Source: a virus
Lineage: Duplodnaviria; Caudoviricetes
IMG/VR virus record: IMGVR_UViG_3300044724_002038
Span: 1-57,287 of that record
Length of the DNA: 57,287 nt
Direction: 5' to 3' (one strand)
Positions 26,691 through 37,804 of this stretch are shown here, in pieces. The stretch's first letter is position 1. The number at the start of each line of letters is the position of its first letter. The notes beneath the pieces are model-generated. The model was not told where the DNA came from and searched no databases. It was given only the letters and a program-made list of their open reading frames with translations. The position numbers and the translations under genes are program-made.

Positions 26691-29600
26691 TTAACTTGCG
26701 ACTCCTACGCTTAGTGCTGTTACTGATTCACCGCTCGCTAGAGCAATTCTAACCAAGACCACGTTACCTGTAGAATTGGACATGTTTTCGCTTCCTAGTG
26801 TTAGGGTAAACGACCCGCTTAGACTTGTACCTGTTGAGATTCTATCACCTGGAGTAAATGCACAACCATCAGAACCGTTACCGCCATTCCCTGTATCACT
26901 ACCAGGAACACCTGCACCAGCATATGTGGCGCTTGTATCCAACCAACCGTTTAGTCCACTTGAAGTATCTGTGCCAGAACCAGGAGCAGCAATCCAACAA
27001 CCTGAGATACCAGATGTACTGGTAATGCTTAGATCGAAGTTAGCAACCGCAACTCTACGGAAGGCAAACGTAAAATATTGTGTGCCAGTGTCACCACTAC
27101 GATCTGGACCAACAGGTAGATATCCAGAACTATAGTTGGTAACGTCGTGTTTTAATACACCCAAACGAATCGTTGCTTCTTTTGTACCAGATACACCTGG
27201 ATCACTCGATTCGCTGTATAGACTGTTTGTGTAGAAGTTTGTTGAACCGGTGAAAGATGGTGTGTCTGTTGTATCACCACTGAAGTTAAATACACGAACA
27301 CCATCATCGTCATGTGTTGACCCTAGCGAATCAGCAACAGGAATAGCCTGCTCAATAATACCAGATTGCCCGGCGGTATGTACCTGAATCTTGCCTGGGA
27401 TTGAAGTGTAGGAACTTGTGCCATTGACGTTCTTTACTCTTATCTTAGCGGTGTCAATGGTTCTTACACTTGAACTTGTAAGTGGAATAGTGAGCGCACC
27501 AATTGCATAAGCAGAACCAACACCTGTGTTGACGATTGGAGTTCCACTTGATAGCATTGATGATGCACCATCGATATCTGAGTAAGAATAATCTTGGCTA
27601 CTAAATGCAGAAGATGATGTGCCTTCTTCATTAGTATCAGTATCGATTTCTACAATATTTGATTGGTTAGTGTAGGCTTGACCAACAAGATCATTTACCG
27701 TTGCTCCAGACAAGGTAAGTGTTGGTGAACCCGTGTTGTAATAAGGAATACCGGAGATATATCGTTTGCTACCACCAGTACCTTCAGCAAGTGTGCCGGC
27801 AGCTGCAAATGAAGCAGTAGCAGTCAAGTTATCCTTTAGAATAGAAACATAGTTTGTATCACCAGTTGCTGTATGACGTAATCTAAAGTCACTCACACCA
27901 GTGCTTAAACCAGAGAGTGCTTTGCTGATATTTGCACTGAACACCTGATAGAAGTTTGAAGGATAACTACCATCCACTGAATGATAATCTACTTGACTTG
28001 AAACGACAAGACTCGTAAATGTACCTGTTTCACCACTTGTTGTGCTGAATGCCTTTACACCATCATCGCTTCCATTAACACTCGCTGAAACGGTGCCTGA
28101 AGCGCCGTTATAAGCGTTTGTGGCGGTGCTAGTAGAAAATGTACCACTAGTATACCGTCTTGCTGTTGTAGTATTCAAATCAGCACCAGCAGACAATGGA
28201 TTAGTCGAACTGTTGTCTGAGAAACCAGAAGCAAGTCTTGGATATGAACCGACAGAACTTGTACTCAAAGTGATAGATTTTGTGCTGAGATTAGCAGGTG
28301 CAGATGGAACTGCTTTCAAAGCAAACGTGACTGTCTCTGTATCAGTCTGATATGTAAGGTCTGGTGTGCCATTAGCAGTAAGAACGACAGCATAGTTGCC
28401 TGTGCTTTCACCAGCATAATCATGGTCGATTGTTGCACCGATTGTACCAGGAGATGAACCATCTTCACTGATAGCAGCATTTACATCACCATCACCCCAC
28501 GCATAACCATACAAGTCACCGTTCTGTGAAGTATTGGTCATTCTAACTAACGCACGATTGGCACCAGTCAAGTCAGTGAAGTCATAGATTGATAGGGTGT
28601 TGTCGCCACTGGCATCAGATGTTGTGACTGCTGTACCTGATAGATTTGCTCTTACATCTGGCTCAACGTGAACTGTGAATGACGTGCTGGTAAATGGACT
28701 TGACGCATGATCGCTTGTGACCTGTAGAGTACCAGTGTAATCTTGTGGTGTGCCTGCTGCCTGATCTGAACCAGATAACGTATAAGTGTGTGCAATCGTT
28801 CCACCAGTATCACCATCAGCACCTGAACCAACATTAACGGTCTGTGTGTTACCATCACCGAATGTGTATAGGTATTGAATACCGAACGCTGCGTGTGAAC
28901 CAATCGTATTCTCTGTGGTATTGGTAAACGTGACAGCGTGACCTGAACTGCTTTCTTCATTGATACCAGTATTACTACTGAGCGTAACGCTTGGTGTATG
29001 TGTATCATAAATCTTAAATGTGCTAGTCGTATTCGCTGGAATAACTGATGGGTCGGCAGTGTTGTGAGAGTCAAGTGTTAGTTTTACAACACGAGACATT
29101 TCAGACTCTGTGTTAGCAGCAAATATATGAGAGATACGAGAGCCAGCTGAACCACCTGCATCTGAGTTGTTGGTGACTACATCGTCTGATGAACCATCAC
29201 CCCAATCCCATGTGAACTGGATAGTTGCGCTTCCGATATTTGTTGTGGTGTTCTCAAAGTATACTGTTGCACCATCGTCCCACTGCGTGATTGATGAACC
29301 ACCAGATGCTGCAGCATAAGCAGCAAATCCGACAACAGGATTAGCAGTGGAAATTACAATATAATCAGTACGAGTAGAAGATGCTGAACTACCCTCACCA
29401 GAACCACTAGTGTTACTAGCAGTGACCTGAACTGTAAATGGTGAATCTGTATTTGTGCTGTATGTATGACTTGGAGTTGTGCTTGACGTAGTTGTGTTAC
29501 CTGTGCCATCACCCCAATTGATTACATACTGGTTAGCATTACCAACAGCAGTGATCGTAAGCTGTACGGTTAGACCAGCACCACCAGATGTTTGGTCTGC

Positions 29601-29951
29601 AACGAAAGAAACTGACTTGACGAAGGTATCATTTCGAACGTTTTCGATGACTTCGTTTAGAATATCAATGGCATCAGTAGCTTTAGTTTCTGAGGTAAAA
29701 CTTTGATATGCCCCGTCTGTGGTTAAACTCCCATCAGTTGGAGTCCCTAGAGGAAGTTCCATACCAGTATTAGCACCGCCACCAGCAGCACCTAATTCGT
29801 CATAGCGAGCAAGACGAACACCACCATTCGATGATCCGTCATGTACACGAATCGTCGTATGAGTAGTATCCATTGTGACTTCACCAAGGGCACCAGCAAA
29901 CGTCGAATGCTGATTCGCCGTGCCCCTCCGTAATTTCATTTGTGTTGCCAT
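26691..29951 (-). CDS. Large virion protein with Mtd-N-like start and PKD-like repeats
   Basis: MKLRRGT...GEVTMDT...VHDG; WGDG/FGDG...H(T/I/D)(Y/F) four times. Confidence 0.8.
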   Translation of the reverse strand: MATQMKLRRGTANQHSTFAGALGEVTMDTTHTTIRVHDGSSNGGVRLARYDELGAAGGGANTGMELPLGTPTDGSLTTDGAYQSFTSETKATDAIDILNEVIENVRNDTFVKSVSFVADQTSGGAGLTVQLTITAVGNANQYVINWGDGTGNTTTSSTTPSHTYSTNTDSPFTVQVTASNTSGSGEGSSASSTRTDYIVISTANPVVGFAAYAAASGGSSITQWDDGATVYFENTTTNIGSATIQFTWDWGDGSSDDVVTNNSDAGGSAGSRISHIFAANTESEMSRVVKLTLDSHNTADPSVIPANTTSTFKIYDTHTPSVTLSSNTGINEESSSGHAVTFTNTTENTIGSHAAFGIQYLYTFGDGNTQTVNVGSGADGDTGGTIAHTYTLSGSDQAAGTPQDYTGTLQVTSDHASSPFTSTSFTVHVEPDVRANLSGTAVTTSDASGDNTLSIYDFTDLTGANRALVRMTNTSQNGDLYGYAWGDGDVNAAISEDGSSPGTIGATIDHDYAGESTGNYAVVLTANGTPDLTYQTDTETVTFALKAVPSAPANLSTKSITLSTSSVGSYPRLASGFSDNSSTNPLSAGADLNTTTARRYTSGTFSTSTATNAYNGASGTVSASVNGSDDGVKAFSTTSGETGTFTSLVVSSQVDYHSVDGSYPSNFYQVFSANISKALSGLSTGVSDFRLRHTATGDTNYVSILKDNLTATASFAAAGTLAEGTGGSKRYISGIPYYNTGSPTLTLSGATVNDLVGQAYTNQSNIVEIDTDTNEEGTSSSAFSSQDYSYSDIDGASSMLSSGTPIVNTGVGSAYAIGALTIPLTSSSVRTIDTAKIRVKNVNGTSSYTSIPGKIQVHTAGQSGIIEQAIPVADSLGSTHDDDGVRVFNFSGDTTDTPSFTGSTNFYTNSLYSESSDPGVSGTKEATIRLGVLKHDVTNYSSGYLPVGPDRSGDTGTQYFTFAFRRVAVANFDLSITSTSGISGCWIAAPGSGTDTSSGLNGWLDTSATYAGAGVPGSDTGNGGNGSDGCAFTPGDRISTGTSLSGSFTLTLGSENMSNSTGNVVLVRIALASGESVTALSVGVAS

Positions 29952-29998
29952 AGCCTAAACTCTTTTTCTTTTTTATTTTATATATTTATAAAGATGAA

Positions 29999-31594
29999 TT
30001 ATACGTTACGCCCACTGATATCACCAAAGTCTCTTGTTTCTTCAACGCTATCGGTTAGACTTCCAAAGTCGTTTGATATGAAACCATTATCAATTTGAGG
30101 TACAGCCAATATCATTAGTTTATTATTACTGTAAGATAGTTGAATATTACTACCACCTATGATACCATTTAGAATACCTTCATTTGTAATTCTATTGTTT
30201 GTATTAGCAATAAATGACTGTAGATATGTATTAGATACACCGCCTGTACCAGCAATCGCATTATCAATACGGGTGTTAGTATTTGCTAACTGACTTGCGA
30301 TATATTGATTTGTGTTGGCTACAAATGATTGGAACTGAGCATTTGAAACTTCACCAGTACCGAGTCCTTCAAATCTTGCATTTGTATTAGCAATATACAA
30401 TTGTAGATATGTATTCGATACATCGCCACTTCCACCTCCACCACTTTCTAATGTGACGACTCGCGAGGTTAAATTTGCGAAACGAGCATTAGTGTTAGCG
30501 AGTGCTGCACGTTCCGTAGATTGAACAGAAGCAATATAAGCATTAGTATTTGCTAAGTCACTAGCCCTTTGTACATCTACCGCTGTAATGCGAGCATTAG
30601 TGTTAGCTAAGTCACTAGCCCTCTGTACATCGACAGCAGTAATGCGAGTGTTAGTATTTGCTAAGAAACTGGCATCATTTGCTAATGCTTGTGATAGTTC
30701 TTGTAGTGTATCAAGCGTTGAGTGTGCATTACCAATAAGATTATCAAATCGTTGATTTGTATTCGAAACAAAAGATTGGAATTCGGTGTTTGTTACAAGA
30801 GAATCAGCAACGAATGAAGTATTACTATCTCCTGCACTATTTGTCTGAAAACCCAAAGTAAGTTTTACAGCAGTACCATTCGCAGTTGCTGATGTGCTTA
30901 ATGAGGTGTTACCCATAAAGATAGTATTACTGGATAAGTAAACACTACCAAAACGTCTTTCATTAGAACCAATATTGAATGTGTTGTTAGCGGCAGGAAT
31001 AATGTGCTGTGTCTGTATCGTCGTGGTAAAGTTGTTACCATAGAAGTCACGAGATACGAATTTGTTCTGTGTTGAATCGTATACTAGAGTTTTGTTGTTC
31101 GCTGCTGTAAAGTCAACGTCATCCAAACCGAGAAGACGCACTTCACCACCACCGCTGCTACCACCACCGTTAAGTGCTGCCATAGCAAGTCGTGTGACTT
31201 GTGCGCTAATCTGCTGCTTGAAACCTGAGAGATCTTCCTTTAGTTTATCTTCTAAAGGTTTTAGATCAGAAGGTCTACCATCACGCCCCGCTGGACCGGT
31301 TGGTCCTTCTGGTCCTTGTGGTCCGGCTTCGCCTCGTGGACCGACGAGACCACGTTCGCCCCGTTTTCCTTGCGGTCCTTGCTCACCTTTTTCACCGGCT
31401 GGACCTTGTATGCCAGCTGGGCCCTGTTGACCATCTCTACCACGTGGACCTCTTTCACCCTGTTCTACAATAATAAGTTTGGGCTTCTCGCCGTCTTCAG
31501 TTACAAAATTTATCTTTTTTAAAGATTTTCGGATTTCACTTTTGGCGAGTTCGAGAGCAGCATTAAGTAATTTTGCCTTCTCTAATTCGTTCAT
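29999..31594 (-). CDS. Collagen-like fibre protein
   Basis: 21 consecutive Gly-X-Y triplets; [15 protein letters not shown] fibre motif; ANTN repeats. Confidence 0.88.
   Translation of the reverse strand: MNELEKAKLLNAALELAKSEIRKSLKKINFVTEDGEKPKLIIVEQGERGPRGRDGQQGPAGIQGPAGEKGEQGPQGKRGERGLVGPRGEAGPQGPEGPTGPAGRDGRPSDLKPLEDKLKEDLSGFKQQISAQVTRLAMAALNGGGSSGGGEVRLLGLDDVDFTAANNKTLVYDSTQNKFVSRDFYGNNFTTTIQTQHIIPAANNTFNIGSNERRFGSVYLSSNTIFMGNTSLSTSATANGTAVKLTLGFQTNSAGDSNTSFVADSLVTNTEFQSFVSNTNQRFDNLIGNAHSTLDTLQELSQALANDASFLANTNTRITAVDVQRASDLANTNARITAVDVQRASDLANTNAYIASVQSTERAALANTNARFANLTSRVVTLESGGGGSGDVSNTYLQLYIANTNARFEGLGTGEVSNAQFQSFVANTNQYIASQLANTNTRIDNAIAGTGGVSNTYLQSFIANTNNRITNEGILNGIIGGSNIQLSYSNNKLMILAVPQIDNGFISNDFGSLTDSVEETRDFGDISGRNV
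30540..30665 (-). repeat. 54-nt coding tandem repeat x2
   Basis: [17 protein letters not shown] twice in tandem. Confidence 0.9.
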
Positions 31595-33229
31595 TTAATC
31601 CTCGTAATCGTCTGTGCCTAGATTCTCTAGTAGATTACTCATCTTTGCTATTAGTTTCCGATCCTCTTCATTCATTTCAACTGGTTCAAAGTTATCTTCT
31701 TCTGCTTCTATTTCAGGTCCATCACTTGTGTCAATATCATCAAAGTCATGTATTGGACTATCTTCATCAGACTCTTCTTTTTTGATTTGTTTGTCCATGT
31801 CGCGAATTTCTTCTTCGGACATTTGAAGAATGTTTTTACGAACCCAATTAACAGAATAGAATTTACCAATGTATTCATCCATTTCAGTTAACAGACGAAG
31901 ACGTTCAGTAAGTACTTCTGCATTTTTTAGTTCTGTAAAGTAATTGTCATGTGGAAAGTCATAATATAAATCTTCACGTAACTCTTTCCATTGCTTACGG
32001 TTGATAACCCCCTTGAGAACTAATTGAATCTCAAGGAGGTTATCGAACAAGTGGGTAAATCTAGCACGAAGTCTTTCAATAAACCGTGTAAACTTTAGCT
32101 CGTCCCGTGTAACCTCACTTGATCGTCCGAGGTTGAATTGTCCTTCCGACTCCATTCGTGTAATGGGGACATTCAAAGACTTGTAAAGTTTGCGACGGAA
32201 ATAATCAACGTCATCCATCTCACCCAAGTTCTGACCACCTGGAAGCGTTGTGATTTCTGTTCCCCTACCACCTTCTCTGCGTGGGAGCCAAAAGTCTTCC
32301 ATCATGGTCATAAATTTACGATCATCACGGACTTCACCGCTAGACGCATCGTATACCAATTTATTCTTATGCTTTGCCATCATGTCAGCAAGATATTGCT
32401 CTGCTTTCATCTTAGGCAAGTTACCAACGTCAATATAGAAGATCCGGCGCTCTGGCGCACGAGACAATCTATAAATGACAGTGGCATCTTCCAGTGTGCG
32501 AAGTTGATTTAAAGGTTTGATTGCTTTATGTAAGTAACCCAATACCATTTTGTTGTTAGAATCTAAAAGACCGCTTGTTACATGACAAATAGAATCTTTA
32601 GAAATTTTTACAGCGGATTGATTACTCTGAGCAGTAATACCTCTGGGATGATAAATGTAGTATTCTTGATATCCCTTTTCAATCTTTGTATTAGTTCGCC
32701 TGTCTAATTCAGACATCTTCTCACGAACCTTTTTGATCTTACGAGGATCAATCTTTCTGAGCTCTTTGATTCCATCTCGTGGCTTTTTCTCATCAATCAT
32801 AATGTGATAGTATAAGCGACCATCGATATACCATTGCCGGAAAATATCATAAGCTACAGCATTAAACTCTAATAGCTTACATACATTACTAAATTCTTCT
32901 CGAATTCTGTCTTTTAGAGCTTTTGGTTGATCAATATCATCAAGAACAATATTTACGGGAGCTGAGCTTGTTACAACAATAGCTTCGTTTACAATATCTT
33001 CTACAGCTGTATCACACTCAGGTTGCATAGCCATCTCACGATAACGTGTAACTAACTCACCTTCTGATTTTGCAGAGCCTTCTAAATCTACATAGGTGCC
33101 ATATGAGCCACCAGCGGCAACCTCCATAGCACCATCTTCTTGAACAGGGGGAGCAAAGGACTTAATTGTCTCCTGTTGCTTCTCTTCGCCCTTTTTAGAA
33201 ATTTCAAATCCAAATAGTTGTACTGCCAT
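31595..33229 (-). CDS. gp20: Portal protein gp20
   Basis: WYIDGR, YRLSRAPERRIFYIDVGNLPK, EDFWLPRREGGRGTEITTLPGGQNLG. Confidence 0.98.
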   Translation of the reverse strand: MAVQLFGFEISKKGEEKQQETIKSFAPPVQEDGAMEVAAGGSYGTYVDLEGSAKSEGELVTRYREMAMQPECDTAVEDIVNEAIVVTSSAPVNIVLDDIDQPKALKDRIREEFSNVCKLLEFNAVAYDIFRQWYIDGRLYYHIMIDEKKPRDGIKELRKIDPRKIKKVREKMSELDRRTNTKIEKGYQEYYIYHPRGITAQSNQSAVKISKDSICHVTSGLLDSNNKMVLGYLHKAIKPLNQLRTLEDATVIYRLSRAPERRIFYIDVGNLPKMKAEQYLADMMAKHKNKLVYDASSGEVRDDRKFMTMMEDFWLPRREGGRGTEITTLPGGQNLGEMDDVDYFRRKLYKSLNVPITRMESEGQFNLGRSSEVTRDELKFTRFIERLRARFTHLFDNLLEIQLVLKGVINRKQWKELREDLYYDFPHDNYFTELKNAEVLTERLRLLTEMDEYIGKFYSVNWVRKNILQMSEEEIRDMDKQIKKEESDEDSPIHDFDDIDTSDGPEIEAEEDNFEPVEMNEEDRKLIAKMSNLLENLGTDDYED

Positions 33230-33275
33230 TATCTTACTTCCTAATATAAAAAGTTTACAATCTATTTATGCAAAT

Positions 33276-33303
33276 AAAAAACGGGAGCCGAAGCTCCCGT
33301 TTT
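33276..33303 (-). terminator. Terminator after gp19
   Basis: ACGGGAGC-TTCG-GCTCCCGT + T-run; CATAAATA late box follows at 33263-33270. Confidence 0.9.
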
Positions 33304-33324
33304 CTAAAATTATATGTTTATTAA

Positions 33325-33885
33325 TTAACCGAAAAGAGCATTGGTAACCTGACCAACAACACCTTCTCCAGCTTCCCAATAATCGTATGCAAATGTTACA
33401 CCAAATTCTTCAACTGCATCATTTGTACCCCAATCCAACTCGATAGCATCGATAGAGATTGGAAAAATACCAACAAATTTGTATGAACGAATAGGTAGAC
33501 CAGTTTTAGAAAACTGAGTTACTGTTGCATTCGATTTGTATTGTGCTGTTGTAGCTAATGTAGGTGAACGTAGATTGCTTTCAAGACCATTGATAGCGTT
33601 TGACCAACGCTCTAAACCATCTCGTACTAGAAAGTCTTCGTCGTTGAGAACAGTAACTGACCAATCTTCGAAAGTTCTGTTGCCAGCAAGTTTGACTTCA
33701 CGACCAAAGTAATTAACAACAGCTGTACCCAAAGTAGCAGCAGGGATCTGAGCTGTTTTAATCATGAAAGATGATTTAAGAAAAGCACCACGGTCAACTG
33801 GATTATCGATGGTTACCTGGAACAAATTATTTCGAGCGCCGCCGAAAGTTAATTGTCCTTGGAACCCTGTGATATTAAATGCCAT
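33325..33885 (-). CDS. gp19: Tail tube gp19
   Basis: GGARNNLF, FGREVKLAGNRTFEDWSVTVLNDEDF, FAYDYW. Confidence 0.96.
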   Translation of the reverse strand: MAFNITGFQGQLTFGGARNNLFQVTIDNPVDRGAFLKSSFMIKTAQIPAATLGTAVVNYFGREVKLAGNRTFEDWSVTVLNDEDFLVRDGLERWSNAINGLESNLRSPTLATTAQYKSNATVTQFSKTGLPIRSYKFVGIFPISIDAIELDWGTNDAVEEFGVTFAYDYWEAGEGVVGQVTNALFG

Positions 33886-33917
33886 TTGATTGACTCCTTA
33901 TCTTTTTATTATTTATA

Positions 33918-35918
33918 TTAAACCTGGCCGACAACTTCACTAAAATCGACACCAGTTCTAACTGCGACGAAGTTTAGCTGAATAAAGTTGACTGAACGGG
34001 CTGGTTTGATAAAGATGTCACCAATGAACTCATTACGGTCAATGATCTCTGCTGTATTGTTTGACTCATCGCAAACAACACGAAAATCAGTGATACCACG
34101 ACGACCTTGAACATCCCGTAGGAATGGCTCAACTAGGTTGACGAAGTTAGCACGAGTGAATTCATCGTTGAACTCAAACAAGGTAAACTTGGAAGCTGTA
34201 GAAATTGACTTCTCAAGAACAATGAAGAGTCTACGGACATTGATTCGATCAAAGGCGCTTGGTTTGGCAAGAAGTGTCTTATCACCAAATAGAACTGTAC
34301 CTTGACCTGGGAATGATACGACTGGGTTGACACCAGCCTTATAAAGAACATCACGCTCTGCTTTATTTGGATTGAAAGCAAGTTTGATAACATTCTTGAT
34401 ATTACCACGGTTGAAACCAGCAGGTGAATACCATGGGTCACGCTGTTGATCAGTGCGAACCATTGTACCGGCTGTGTCACCGTTTAGTGGTACATAACGG
34501 TATACATCGTTGAACTTATCATATTGATATTTCCAACCACTATCCATTACACCATATGAAGATGATGGTAGTAAGTTACGGAAAGCAACAATGTCTTCTG
34601 CTTGCTTACCAGAGTATGTGGCGTTGTCAACAACATCAGCACGCTCTGGGGATAGGATAGCAATACAATCCAACCGCTTCTCAGCAATGTTATTGATTAG
34701 ATGAACTGCACGGGTTTGGTTAGCACCAGCTCCGAGAATGAATGAAATATCTACTTCATCAGGGTTGCTGAACTTTTCATAACCGTCGATATAAGCAGCA
34801 TCACTAGGTGATTGACCGTCGCGACCATTTACCATTGATACGCTTTGTGGGATTGTCCCACCAGTAAATGCTGTTGTTGCTTTGCTACCTGCATTGGTGT
34901 TGTTTGAGTTATGACCAGCCCACCAGATGTAGTTAGAACGATTATTAACAACATTTACATAGTAGTTTGAATTACCTTCTGGTGTCTTAGCATCAGATGC
35001 CATTGAGACAGAAGCATGGCGTTCAATGACTTGATTCTTAACACCAGTCCATTCGCCATCTTCATCGATAATGGCAATATGCATTTCATCACCTGAACCA
35101 CCAGCTGTTGTAGCAAATGTTGAAGTGCCTGGAGCAGCATCAAACAAGTTAAAGTGTTCCCAACGACGATTGACAGCAGCAGATTGAACTTTGGTGCTGT
35201 CATCTGCTGTACCAAGTTGTTGACGAGTTGGTGCGGTCTCTAGTGTGATTGAACCATTAACAACAGCAGAGATTTTTAGATCACCACCAATATTGATAGT
35301 TGATGTTTGAAGTGAAATTCTATCACCAACAGTAACAGCAGTTGACAAGTCGATGTTTGGACCCGTAGTCAAATCTGATGAAGTATTGGCACCTTTGGTT
35401 AGAACTGTTGTGCTACCAGCAGTGAAGACTAGGTTGGCAGATAGAGTTGACTCGAATGCACTTGCTGAAGCACAAACAGAAACCTCTAGTGAGTTACCGA
35501 GTTCACCTGGATACTTAGCAACCCAATCACCAACACCTGAGATACCTGAAGAATAATTATTATCATAGTCATCGTCATTTTTGATGACGGTGTTGATTGT
35601 GTTACCTGCATTTGCTGTAGCGTTACGAGCAGCAGTGGCATCAGAACCACTGTCACTTGGCTCAACAACACGAACAACCTGTAGAGCATTTGAATATGCT
35701 AGGAAGTTTGATGCTGTGAAGAAGTCATCAGCAGTGTTTGCATTTGGGGCTTGGAAGTTGTTAACCAACGCATTTTCATCTGTTACTAAGACGATTTGCT
35801 CGGCTGGCCCCCAACGAAAATGACCGGCAATACCAGCACCCGTTGTTTGTACGGCAGGAACGATAGTTGTGAGATCAATCTCACTTACATTCACGCCTGG
35901 AGATACTTGGAAAGGCAT
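33918..35918 (-). CDS. gp18: Tail sheath gp18
   Basis: SPGVNVSEIDLT, PWYSPAGFNRG, FDRINVRRLF, IKPARSVNFIQLNF. Confidence 0.98.
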   Translation of the reverse strand: MPFQVSPGVNVSEIDLTTIVPAVQTTGAGIAGHFRWGPAEQIVLVTDENALVNNFQAPNANTADDFFTASNFLAYSNALQVVRVVEPSDSGSDATAARNATANAGNTINTVIKNDDDYDNNYSSGISGVGDWVAKYPGELGNSLEVSVCASASAFESTLSANLVFTAGSTTVLTKGANTSSDLTTGPNIDLSTAVTVGDRISLQTSTINIGGDLKISAVVNGSITLETAPTRQQLGTADDSTKVQSAAVNRRWEHFNLFDAAPGTSTFATTAGGSGDEMHIAIIDEDGEWTGVKNQVIERHASVSMASDAKTPEGNSNYYVNVVNNRSNYIWWAGHNSNNTNAGSKATTAFTGGTIPQSVSMVNGRDGQSPSDAAYIDGYEKFSNPDEVDISFILGAGANQTRAVHLINNIAEKRLDCIAILSPERADVVDNATYSGKQAEDIVAFRNLLPSSSYGVMDSGWKYQYDKFNDVYRYVPLNGDTAGTMVRTDQQRDPWYSPAGFNRGNIKNVIKLAFNPNKAERDVLYKAGVNPVVSFPGQGTVLFGDKTLLAKPSAFDRINVRRLFIVLEKSISTASKFTLFEFNDEFTRANFVNLVEPFLRDVQGRRGITDFRVVCDESNNTAEIIDRNEFIGDIFIKPARSVNFIQLNFVAVRTGVDFSEVVGQV

Positions 35919-35963
35919 TTCTTTACTCCTTATGTTGAAGAAACGAACGTATCAAATTCGTAT

Positions 35964-36008
35964 TATTTAGTAAACTAAGTGTTTTAACTAGGTTAATTAG
36001 ACTAAATA
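35964..36008. promoter_or_regulatory. Back-to-back late promoters
   Basis: ACTAAATA on minus (35964-35971) toward gp18 and on plus (36001-36008) toward NUMOD3 ORF. Confidence 0.65.
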
Positions 36009-36013
36009 GTGAC

Positions 36014-36205
36014 ATGGAACATACAAAAGAAGCAAAGAGTAAAATTCGTCAAGCGAGACTGGGTCGCAAGTTTTCTGATGAAACAAAGCAGAAGATGAGT
36101 GATTCTCATCGTGGCAAAAAGCACAGTGAGGAAACAAGGAAAAAGATTAGTGAATCTATGAAGAAGAAAAGAGACTCAGTGACTATTATCGATCCATGGT
36201 CTTAA
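36014..36205 (+). CDS. Stand-alone NUMOD3 DNA-binding repeat protein
   Basis: HTKEAKSKIR / FSDETKQKMS / HSEETRKKIS repeats; no nuclease domain. Confidence 0.8.
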   Translation: MEHTKEAKSKIRQARLGRKFSDETKQKMSDSHRGKKHSEETRKKISESMKKKRDSVTIIDPWS

Positions 36206-37804
36206 ATCATCTAATGAATAATTAGTAACACTGTGCATAGGATCTTCTTCTATACCATCCTGATAGAAGCCAAATGGTAACATTTCTTCATCCATCATCT
36301 CTTCTTTATCAGCCAAATACTTCTGACGAATATCAGAGTTAGTTAAATCTTTGAAATATTCTTGACGAATCAGCCAACCAAATAATACAAGACACATTAC
36401 CAAGTCATCATGATGCCCCTCATCCGCTTCATAAGAATCTTTCTTAGAGATGAAGTTCGATAACTCTTCAATAATATCAAAATCTTCAATAATAATCTTT
36501 TGGTCCTCTACTAAATCTTTAAGTGTTGAGCAACCAATTCTTTTTACTTGTTTTGTTGTTCTAACACCAAGCTGTGTATTCTTACCAAATCCCGCGCCAA
36601 TTCTTTGACCCGCTCTACCTTTCAACGCTGTGATGAATATATTTTCATACTCGAGATCTCGATAAAGAATATTTGCAATCTGTTCACCAATATCGTTGAT
36701 CTCCACCAATACAAATGCCTGATTGAAATTGTTGGCAACATTATAGATTAACTCGGGATATATTAATGGTGAAATATCTTTGTCTCTGTACTTAGCAACA
36801 ACCCGATAAGGTATATCACTAACATCAATAACAGTGAATGCGGAAAAGTCACCACCTACACCTCTTGAGGTATCTACTGTGATTATATACTCATGACCAG
36901 GTTTGATTTCTTCGTATTGATCAAAGCCTTGCTTCTGAAACATTGGTCGTACGAATGCTAGGTTACGAAGTGTATTGGCATTGATAAGTGTATTAGATGT
37001 ACCTAAGAAGTTACAAGCAAACTCTTGATCAAAAGACTCTTCACTTGTATTAGCAATCTGTTGTAGTTTCCAGTCCTCATCTCGACCAGGTGTTTCCCAC
37101 CAGTTCACAGCAAGAGGAATGAAGTTACTTCGTTGTTCTTCTGCTTCTACCCACATCTTATAGAAGTGATTCATACCCTTTGGTGTAGAGACAATAATCA
37201 TCTTAGTTTCTTTACCAGATGAAATTGTAGGATAGACTGACTTAAAGAACTCATCAGCAATCCCGTGTTGAACGAATGCAAACTCGTCTAAGAAGACAAG
37301 TGAAAAGGATTGACCACGAGCAGCAGAACCTGTAGTTGATGTAGCGAGAATCTTTGATCCATTCTCTACTTCAATAGAACCCTTGTTCCATGTAACAATA
37401 CCTTGCTGCAACCACAAAGGCAAGTGTTCATATGCTTTCTTTACACGATCAAGAAGCTCTCTGGCTAGCTCTGCTTTGTTAGCAAGAACAGCAATATTTT
37501 TATCTGAATTGAATAGAAGATAGTGAAGAATGAAACCGACAACAGCAGTTGACTTACCAGACTGTCGTGGCATTTTTGTTATAACAAATCGATTGTCATT
37601 AAACGTATTGATCATACGCTCTTGATACTGGTATAAGTCAAGAGGAATCAAACCATGATCAACATGAACGATCTTAACAAACTTCTTAATGAAGTAAATA
37701 GGATCTTTAGCACATTTCACATAATCTTGAATCTGGTCTTCAGTAAATTCAATATTCACCCCAATCTTTTTTAGATTAGGATTAGACAAATAAGCATCAG
37801 ACAT
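36176..37804 (-). CDS. gp17: Terminase large subunit gp17
   Basis: YLSNPNLK, PRQSGKST, LDEFAF, STPKG, HDDLVM. Confidence 0.98.
   Translation of the reverse strand: MSDAYLSNPNLKKIGVNIEFTEDQIQDYVKCAKDPIYFIKKFVKIVHVDHGLIPLDLYQYQERMINTFNDNRFVITKMPRQSGKSTAVVGFILHYLLFNSDKNIAVLANKAELARELLDRVKKAYEHLPLWLQQGIVTWNKGSIEVENGSKILATSTTGSAARGQSFSLVFLDEFAFVQHGIADEFFKSVYPTISSGKETKMIIVSTPKGMNHFYKMWVEAEEQRSNFIPLAVNWWETPGRDEDWKLQQIANTSEESFDQEFACNFLGTSNTLINANTLRNLAFVRPMFQKQGFDQYEEIKPGHEYIITVDTSRGVGGDFSAFTVIDVSDIPYRVVAKYRDKDISPLIYPELIYNVANNFNQAFVLVEINDIGEQIANILYRDLEYENIFITALKGRAGQRIGAGFGKNTQLGVRTTKQVKRIGCSTLKDLVEDQKIIIEDFDIIEELSNFISKKDSYEADEGHHDDLVMCLVLFGWLIRQEYFKDLTNSDIRQKYLADKEEMMDEEMLPFGFYQDGIEEDPMHSVTNYSLDDLRPWIDNSH

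Noticed and set aside
31062-31430. Plus-strand ORF with GP repeats
   Set aside because: Antisense mirror of collagen Gly-Pro codons
11820-37804. Introns or inteins in gp46, uvsW, gp23, gp20, gp17
   Set aside because: ORFs are continuous and of ordinary length; no intein terminal motifs seen
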